Source of the DNA: Cetorhinus maximus
Lineage: Eukaryota
NCBI RefSeq assembly: GCF_964194155.1
Contig: NC_135901.1
Coordinates: 20,088,001-20,152,000, forward strand
Length of the DNA stretch: 64,000 bases
Direction: 5' to 3'
Part shown: piece by piece, positions 55,700 to 64,000 of the stretch
Layout of the letters: each line of letters begins with the position of its first letter
Numbering within the stretch: position 1 is the stretch's first letter
The notes under the pieces: model-generated
The model's database searches: none
Told to the model about the DNA's origin: nothing
The model's input: the letters and a program-made list of their open reading frames with translations, nothing else
Program-made: the position numbers and the translations under genes

Positions 55700-56945
55700 A
55701 CTGAGGAGCCTTGAGTTCTTTGAGGATGTAATAAACAGGGTGGATAAAGGGGAACCAGTAGATGGAGTGTCTTTGGATTCACAAAAGGCCTTCAATGAAC
55801 TGTCATATTAAAGGTTACTGCACAAGATAAGACCTCATGGTATTGGGGGTGATATATTAGCATGGATAGAGGACTGACTAACTAACAGGAAAGAGTGAGT
55901 TGGGATCAATGGATCATTTTCAGGTTGGCAAACTGTAACTAGTGGAGTGCCACAGGGATCAGTGTTGGGGCCTCAACTATTGACGATCTATACTGATGTC
56001 TTGGCTGAAGGGACCATTGTACTGTAGCTAAATTTGCTAATGATACAAAGATAGGTACGAAAGCAAGTTGTGAGGAGGATACAAAAAGTCTGCAAAGGGA
56101 TATAGATAGGTTAAGTGAGTAGGTAAAAAATTGGCAGATGGAGTATAATGTGGTAAATGTGAGGATGTCCAGTTTGGCAGGAAGAACAGAAAAGCAGAAT
56201 ATTATTGAAATAGGGAGAGACTGCAGAATGCTGCAGCATCGAGGAATCTGAGTGGCCTTGTACATGAGTTATGAAAGGTCAACATTCAGGTACTGCAAGT
56301 GATTAGGAAGGCAAATGGAGTGCTGGCCTTTATTGCAAAGAGGATGGAGTATAAAAGTACAACTGTACAGGGCATTGGTGAGACCACACCTGGAATACTG
56401 TGTACAGTTTTAGTCTCCATACTTAAGGATGGATATACTTGCACTGGAAGCAGTTCAGAGAAGGTTCACTCGGCTGATTCCAGGAATGAAGGTATTATCC
56501 TATGAGGAAAGGTTGGGCCTGTATCCATTGGAGTTCAGAAGAATGAGAGGTGATCTTATTGAAACATACAAGATTCTGAGGGGTCTTGACAGGGTAGATG
56601 CTGAGAATATGTTTCCTCTCGTGGGGTAATTGAAAATTAAGGAATACTGTTTAAAAGTGAGGAGTCTCCCATTTAAGATGGTGATGAGGAGGAATATTTT
56701 TCTCTCAGAGGGGCATTAGTCTTTGGAATTCTCTTCCACAGAGAGTGTGGAGGCTGTGTCATTGAATATTTCAAGGCTGAGTTAGACAGATATTTAACCT
56801 ACAAGGGAATCAAAGGTTAATGGGATTGGGGACAGACAGGAAAGTAGAGTTAAGACCACAATCTGATCAGCCATGGTCTTATTAATTGGAGGTGCAGCCT
56901 CAAAGGGTGAATGGCCTACTCCAGCTCCTATCTCTTACGATCTTG
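55700..56945 (+). mobile_element. CR1 LINE RT / 3' fragment
   Basis: [32 protein letters not shown] and a CR1 3' UTR. Confidence 0.88.
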
Positions 56946-57939
56946 CCTACCTGAGCAGTACATTGTTATCTTCCTGTAGTCTCCAGCTTTCTAACTCACT
57001 ACAAAGCGCACAGCAATTTTTGTATTATTATTCGTGTCCCTACATTTAAGTCTGAATCAATAATATAAACCATGAATAAAAGAGCCAGTACTGAGCCCTG
57101 TGAAAACCCATTGGAAACAGCCTTCCAATCACAAAAAACACCTATCGACCGTCATTCATCACTTCCTGCCATTGAGCCAATTTTTGATCCAACTTGTAAC
57201 TTGCTCTGGGATCTCATGAGGTTTTATTTTTCTGCCCAGTCTGCCATGTGAGACCTTGTAGATGCGGAGAGAATGTGGGAGAATCCAAAACTAGCGGCCA
57301 GAAATACAAGATAGTTACTGAAAAATCCAATAGGGAAATAAGGAGAAATGTGTTTACTCAGAGTGGTTAGAAAGTGGAACTCACTATCACAGGAAGTAGT
57401 TGTGGCAAAAAACTGAGATAATTTCAGAAGGAAACTAGATGAGTACATGAGAGAAAAAGGAATTGAAAGATAAAGTGAAAGACTGAGCTGAGGTAGATGG
57501 AATGGAATGAGAAGCATGTGGAGTATAAAGACCAGCAGATACTAGTTGGGCTGAATGGTCTGTGTCTATTCCATATATTCTGTGTAATTCTCTGTCAACT
57601 TTTTTTACAGCGTATTAGGAGGGGAAGATTTACAGATGGGAAACTAAAACCAATTATCAAGATCTGACAGAGTCACTTGATTCATCAGGGCCTGAATATC
57701 ATCAGCCTCTGAACATGGAAGGATAAATGTTTGTCCGTGGGAAGAGATTTCCAACATCAGCGTGACTGGGAAAGCACAGAGACACACAGACACCCGATTG
57801 TGAGTGTTCCAGTGTTTCAGTACACAGCCTGAAACAAAATCACACCATTCACAACGAGGAGAAAATGTACACATGTTCTGTGTGTGGACGAAGCTTCAAC
57901 TGATCTTCCAAGTTGGCGAGACAGAAGGGCACCAGCACC

Positions 57940-58866
57940 ATGGAGAAACCATGGAAATGTGGGGACTGTGGGAAGGGATTCAAATACCAGTCGCAGCTTG
58001 AAACTCATGGACACATTCACACTGGGGAGAGACCATTCCCCTGCTCCTTGTGTGGGAAGGGATTCACTCGGTCATCTGACCTTCTGAGACACCAACTCAC
58101 TCACACTGAGGAGAGACCGTTCACCTGCTCCATGTGTGGGAAGGGATTCATTAATTCATCAGATCTTCGGACACACCAGCGAGTTCACACTGGAGAGAGG
58201 CCGTTCACCTGCTCCGTCTGTGGGAAGGGATACACTCAGTCAGCCCACTTGCTGGCCCACCAGAGAGTTCACACTGGGGAGAGGCCATTCACCTGCTCTG
58301 AGTGTGGGAAGGGATTCTCTCGGTCATCCCACCTCACTGCACACCAAATAGTTCACACAGATGAGAGACCTTTCAAATGTTCTGACTGTGAGAAGAGCTT
58401 TAAACGCAGGTACCAGTTGCTGACACACCAACACATTCACACTGGGGAGAGGCCGTTCACCTGCTCCGAGTGTGGGAAGGGATTCATTCATTCATCTGAC
58501 TTTCTGATACACCAGCGAATTCATACTGGAGAGAGGCCGTTCACCTGCTCCATGTGTGAGAAGAAATTCTCCCGATTATCCCGCCTCACTGCACACCAAC
58601 TTGTTCACACTAATCAGAGACCTTTTAAATGTTCTGACTGTGAGAAGAGCTTTAAAAGCAGGCGTGAAGTTCTGGCACACCAACGTACACACACTGGGGA
58701 GAGGCCGTTCACTTGCTCCGAATGTGGGAAGGGATTCGTCCATTCGTCCAACCTGCTGAGACACCAGCGAATTCACACTGGGGAGAGGTTGTTTAGCTGC
58801 TCCGAGTGTGGGAAAGGGTTTACTCAGTCATCCCACCTGGTGAGACACCAGCGAGTACACAAGTGA
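57940..58866 (+). CDS. C2H2 zinc-finger protein, 11 tandem fingers (gene G8)
   Basis: Intact ORF from ATG 57940 (ACCATGG Kozak context, MEKPWKC) to TGA 58866; acceptor TTTTTTACAG ending at 57610; AATAAA at 59003-59008. Confidence 0.92.
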   Translation: MEKPWKCGDCGKGFKYQSQLETHGHIHTGERPFPCSLCGKGFTRSSDLLRHQLTHTEERPFTCSMCGKGFINSSDLRTHQRVHTGERPFTCSVCGKGYTQSAHLLAHQRVHTGERPFTCSECGKGFSRSSHLTAHQIVHTDERPFKCSDCEKSFKRRYQLLTHQHIHTGERPFTCSECGKGFIHSSDFLIHQRIHTGERPFTCSMCEKKFSRLSRLTAHQLVHTNQRPFKCSDCEKSFKSRREVLAHQRTHTGERPFTCSECGKGFVHSSNLLRHQRIHTGERLFSCSECGKGFTQSSHLVRHQRVHK

Positions 58867-59399
58867 CAGCAGGGGTTGGATTCTGCTGTTATTGCTGCTG
58901 TTAATCACATCCAGGATTGAACCATGTTCATTCTGAAAGTTAGTGTTTCTTTCTGCTGATGTTAATAATTGAACTGAAGTTTAGTATTCTGGTTCTGTAT
59001 CAAATAAATCTGCTTTGTTTTAAACATATTGTGTAGATTTTTGTCTTTCCCACCTGAGTTTTTAACATCACCTGGCTGGAGCTCAGAAAGGACAATCTGG
59101 GGGAGGATCATACGGCAGGAACAGAACTTCAGCCTGGACACAGTCCAGGAGTATGATGACCATCCACATCTTGTCCCTGTTGGATAAAATCAAACACAGC
59201 ATTTATTTTCCATCTAGTTATCTGACCTTTTCATTTTGTACAGTTTACACTGATCTCCATGGTAACACAGACATTGTGTTTCCTTCTCTCGCTTCTGAAT
59301 ACTCAATCTAAGACTTGTTTCTCACAATTTATCCAGATCATCATATGGACCTTCCCAAGTAGCCCCCACCCAACCCCAAAAACACCTCCCCCCGCCCTC

Positions 59400-61620
59400 C
59401 CACCCACCAATTAAAAAATGTTTTTAACATGACTTCATCTCCCATTGAACAGTTAGTGTAACGGGTGGGGTGGTTCTCCCTGGAGGTGTTGAGATGGGCA
59501 TCACCATCTTCTCCACTGCCTGTAGCAAAGAGGGTGCTGAGGTTGGAGGTTCTAGAGAAACTGGTCTTGAGTCTGTTGAGTAGCAATGGAGAGTGGGACC
59601 CCGGGGGGATTCACAATCTGGATTGGCCGAACTGTCATGAGCTGAAATGGGCTGTGACTGAGGGAGGGAACAGGAGTGGAGCGAATGGTCATTAAGATAC
59701 CAAGCAAGGCAGTGACCCAGTCATTGGGCTCGACCAGATCATTATGTCCCTCCATGATAGCTTTCCTCGGTGTCGTTTCTCCAGGGTGATTAATGATCTT
59801 GAGCATCCCACTAGATTCTGGGTGGTTGTGGAGGTGGAAATGTTCCACACCCACAAGATGATAGAGCTGCTGCACTACTTCAGCTGTGAAATGAGAACCA
59901 TTATCACTCCCTATCCTTTTCAGAAAGCCCCTTCTGGTAAAGATCTGTTCCCACAAGATTTTAGCTGTTGCGACTGCATCATTTGTACAGAAAGGGAAAG
60001 CTTCAATCCACCATATAAACATCTCAATAGTTACCAACGGTCCCCTCCTTTTACTGTGAGTAGTGGGCCTGTATAATCAATCTGCAATGTTTCCCAAGGA
60101 ACATCATTCAGATGGGATGTGTCCACTGGGACCTTTCATTTCGCAGGGCTGGATTAATTTGGACACAGATGAGACACATGTTCAGGTGGTGATGGACATC
60201 CTGGTGCATCATTGGACACCAATAGCAATTATGTAACCTTTCGAGGACTTTTAAAAGAGAAACATGTCCCAAATTTCATCTATGAATAAAACTGATTCTT
60301 TTTAAAGGCATCAAAGTGAGATATAATTCAAATCAAAGGCATCCTTGTGAAAGAAAACCTCATCATGTAAGTTGAGTGAGTCCTTACTTGCTGCGAGGGA
60401 TGAGGGAAAGTCTTTCCTATGTTGTACAGACTCTTTGACCACAGTCACATCAGGGTCAGGGTCCTGACAAGTTTTTAAATCATGTTTAACTGGAATCTGT
60501 TGTATTGGTGTCAATGATTGTGTTTTGGGTGGATCCCATGGAATCCCTTCTGGAGCAGCTTTCCTGGTGAGTCAGTCTGCCTGGTTATTACCATCACCCT
60601 CTTCACTAACTCCTGCTGCTGATGTACCTTCACCTTACAAATAGCAATTTGTCCTGCACACTTACCAGCAATATCCCAAATCATTTGGAATGATGGGTGA
60701 GTGGTTTCCTTTCTGCTGTGGAGAAGTTGTGGTTTTTTTTTGCCAGGTTGGTAGGTTTTCTGTGAGGTAATTACAACCAAAGGAGCTTTGATAATAGACG
60801 GTGATTCTCTCAGTAACAGTTTGAAGGGCTGTGATGAAGCTGCCCTCAGCATTCTGGACTAAATATTGTGGTGGGTATTTAAAAAGGATACTATGGCTGT
60901 CACAGGGAAGAAAAGGCGCAGCACCCAGTCTGATATGGACCTTGTTCAGAAAACTCAGACCCATCCACATAACCCCTAGTTGAGACTGACAGTGCTCTGG
61001 CTTTAACAGGTCCATTGGACACGGCCTCTTTCACCTGACAAGTATGTGGGGTTTTTTCACACTGCAACATCCCAACCAATTGGTGATTGTGAAGTGCAGG
61101 ATATTAATACCTTTGCTTTGTAACTCTATAATTCATCTACTTTATCACACCAGCGATACTCTCTTAATTTGACATTTTTATTAATAATGCCATGGTGGTA
61201 TGTGGGATGTATAGAATTATTGAATAAACTCTACCAGTTACTCTGTGTGCTTAACTAACCAATGAACCCTTGATTGAAGCAAAATACTGTAGATGCTCAA
61301 AACGTGAAAGAAAAGCAGAAAATGCTGGAGAACCTCAGCAGGTCTGGCAGCATCTGTGGAGAGAAACACAGTTAATATTTCAAATCCATGTGACTCTTCT
61401 TCAGAGCTGAATGAACCCATGGTATCTGCTTAATACACTCAGCAATCAATATTTTCACATGGATGAGTGTGTCTGAGAAGTATCTAACTGGAAAGCCTTT
61501 TCCATTCATCTCACGGATTACCAGCTGATATACATTATCCTGACTCCGCCAGCAGAGCTGTGGAATTAACTGGATAGATATTCCAAAGAGCCAGCACAGG
61601 CATAATGGGCCAAATGACTT
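59400..61620 (-). mobile_element. Degenerate LTR-retroelement/ERV pol remnant (RNase H and integrase)
   Basis: GH..YW..CLIC zinc-binding region, PWETLQIDYTGPL, WIEAFP, SDNGSHF, HPESSG; upstream KVKVH..GNNQAD. Confidence 0.8.
61270..61409 (-). mobile_element. ~140-bp Penelope-derived insert with hammerhead-like motif
   Basis: 9-bp TSD AATGAACCC at 61261-61269 and 61410-61418; the paralogous site at ~10935 is empty. Confidence 0.8.
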
Positions 61621-61929
61621 CCATCTGTGCTGTATCATTCTATAAAACTGTAAATATTCAGTATCAGGGAATGGAGAGAGACGAACCAGTGGCTGTGGGA
61701 TTGAACCCAGCCAGTATCAACATCTTCACGGGAGGAGAGGGCGGGGGGGGGGGGGGGCGGAAATAGTGAGAAAAACTTTAAAAGTTCAGTGTTTTCCCAG
61801 AGGAGAGCAGTGATTTAAATCAATTCGAGAAGCGGAGCATGGCTGAGCACCCATCCAGTAGGATTTATCTGTGATTTTTAAAATTAATTTATCTTATTTG
61901 GGTAACAATTAATTGCTATTCCCGATTTG

Positions 61930-62420
61930 GTATTTCAATGGAGCTGCTATTACCCAACATTCCCTGCGGATGTGAATGCGCCCTATGTACTCTACAGGAG
62001 CCCACTGCGCAGGCGCAGTACTGGAGCATGCGCAGTGTCACTTCGATCAGAGCAGAACGAGTTTTAGTGACGCTTTTTTCAGCGGGTGAGAGTCGCGGGG
62101 CGGAGGGAGGAATGGACCTGGGAGTCGGGGTCAGGGGGCTTCATAAACACCTGGTGTAGGCCGCAAGACCGGAATAAGACCCTGCAGGACCCGCGTTTAC
62201 AGGTCCGGGGATTTTTCCCGGGAAACAGGCCCAGGTTAACGGCCGCCATGTTGGTTCAGCCGGGAGCCGAGCAAAGAGAGTGGGCGGGGCTTCAGGGTTC
62301 CGGTGACCAGGAGAGAAAATAATTGACTCATTGATTTAATTTTCACTCTGCACAGAGGAGCTGGCCTGGCCTTATGGTCACCATCTTTACAGGGGCAATG
62401 TGCTGCGGGTGCATGCGTGG
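61930..62420 (+). promoter_or_regulatory. CpG-island promoter / first exon P8 (ZNF exon probably right of the window)
   Basis: Staf-like site at 61950-61969, GCATGCGCA at ~62026, donor G|GTGAGA at ~62086, YY1 at 62242-62253; inverted paralog of P2. Confidence 0.72.
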
Positions 62421-62508
62421 CCATCCTGGATAAGGCAGCAGGAGGAGAGAATGTTGCGAATTTCTATCCTGGACTAATAGGGATGGATTTTGGAAACTCC
62501 TTTTACAG

Positions 62509-62707
62509 GGACTTGGAGGAGGGTTTGGATACAGAAAACTCAAATCAAGAGAAATATTTGTCTCTTCTGAATTTTTGTTCTTTTACAGAGTGTTAGAAGA
62601 TAGGAAGATTGCCAGATTTTTCTCTGACTCCAGTGCTCCTGATATCTTTCCAGCTGCAGGTTCCAGCAGGACATTTTAAATGTCAAAACAGTGAAATTGT
62701 TTCAAAG
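62509..62707 (+). other. Putative non-coding exon 2 (exon starts at 62509 or 62589; donor GTGAGT at 62708)
   Basis: Paralog of 9241-9469(-) with conserved splice sites. Confidence 0.6.
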
Positions 62708-63269
62708 GTGAGTATTTTTGAACATTGATTTACAATACAAAGATTTTAGTGCTATGCTGTGGTTCCATGGCTCTGGGGCTGGTGTGGTTCTTTACTGTGG
62801 ATCTGAATCCATGTCTATCCATTGCTCTGTTTGAGCATTGCCCTCCCTAATCACCTCACTGTCATTGTCAAACTTCCTCCACCTCTAATAATGGGTGTAT
62901 TTGAGCCATACTTGGTATTTGACTATGATATCCACCAATGTTTCTAAATGAGGTTTCCACTGCTGCCCATCCCCTGGCTATTCACTCCTGATTTACCAGC
63001 TTTATCTTTCCATTGTCAGTAATCATTTTTCTTGCATCATAGATAATTCCCCTTCCACTTCTGAGCTTATATTGACCACCAAATTCTGTCCTGTTTTCAT
63101 CCTGGGAGTTGCGGAGCTTGCAGCCTGGACAACTGATAGAGCAGCCATCAATGGCAGAATGATTAAAATTGAGAATCCTTTTAAATGCCCTCTGAATGAG
63201 GGCAGTTAGGGGTGGGTAATAAATGCTGGCCTAGCCAACGACACCCACATCTCATGAACAAATAAAAAC

Positions 63270-63860
63270 ACTGGAATTAAATGAGCGCAGAGCTCTCAGA
63301 GGGTTGTGTTGCTGGAGGAGATTACAGAGATAGGGATGATTCCAGCCATGGGAGGATTTGAAAACAAGGATGACAGCTTTAAAATTTTTGTGCTTCTTGA
63401 ACTGGAGCCTTTGTAGGTCAGTGAGCACAGGGGTGATGGGTGAACACAATTTGGTGTAAATGAGGACATGGGCAGCAGAGTGTTGATGACCTCAAAATTA
63501 CAGGGAGGTTGAATGTGGGAAGTTGGCCGGGGGTGTGTTAGGATAGTTAAGTCAAGAGGGAACAAAGGAATGGTTGAGAGTTTCAGCAGCAGAGGAGCTG
63601 AGACTGGGGTGGAGTTGGGCGATGTTCCTGAGGTGGAAATAGGCAGCTTTGGTGATGAAGCAGATATGTGGTTAGAAGCACATCTCGGGGTCAAATATTA
63701 CACCAAAGCTGTAAAAAGTCTGATTCAACTCCAGTAGTTAAGGAGAGGGATGGAGTGGGTTGCTAGGGAGTGGAGGTTGTGCGGGGACTGAAGAGTATGG
63801 CCTCCCTCTTCCCAATATTTAGCTAGAGGAAATTTCCATTCATCCAGTACTGGATGTCAG
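63270..63860 (-). mobile_element. L2-clade LINE 3' fragment
   Basis: SPITPVLTDLQRL..NFKAVILVFK..PYLCNLL, a typical L2 C-terminus. Confidence 0.8.
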
Positions 63861-64000
63861 CCAAGTCAGAGTGATGTGTGACTTAGAGGTGATGGTGTAT
63901 ACCTGCTACTCTGGTCCTTCTAGGTAGAGGAGTTTGGTGGTTTGGGATGTTCTGTTAAAGTTCTGGTTAAGTTGTAGGTAAATATAACCCCTCGACTTCA

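Noticed and set aside
57901-57903. Selenocysteine or readthrough at the conserved TGA
   Set aside because: The position corresponds to Arg (CGA), not Cys; the finger has lost its His ligands; no SECIS recognised.

Overview
Eukaryotic vertebrate DNA, most likely a cartilaginous fish (inferred from the repeat content: CR1 LINEs, Neptune-type Penelope-like elements, a DeuSINE/SacSINE1-like SINE; not verified). The window is a tandem C2H2 zinc-finger gene cluster embedded in dense retroelement debris. It holds four intact ZNF ORFs (13, 11, 10 and 11 fingers), one damaged ORF (8 fingers plus a frameshifted ninth), three long pseudogenes and several remnants. None shows a KRAB, SCAN or BTB domain. 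Eight paralogous CpG-island promoters (YY1, NRF1, ZNF143/Staf and CCAAT motifs) and a reused splice-acceptor/leader cassette accompany the genes. The most notable observations are: (i) a subfamily whose first fingers became 5' UTR through a shared TGA exactly 39 nt upstream of a new ATG; (ii) a conserved atypical finger pair; (iii) many short Penelope-derived inserts carrying minimal hammerhead-ribozyme motifs, some with target-site duplications, plus a ~1.7 kb Penelope palindrome; (iv) an inverted segmental duplication that carries a retroviral-type pol remnant beside ZNF promoters; (v) an orphan promoter and promoterless gene that splicing might join. Coordinates of degraded repeats are approximate and were read by eye.
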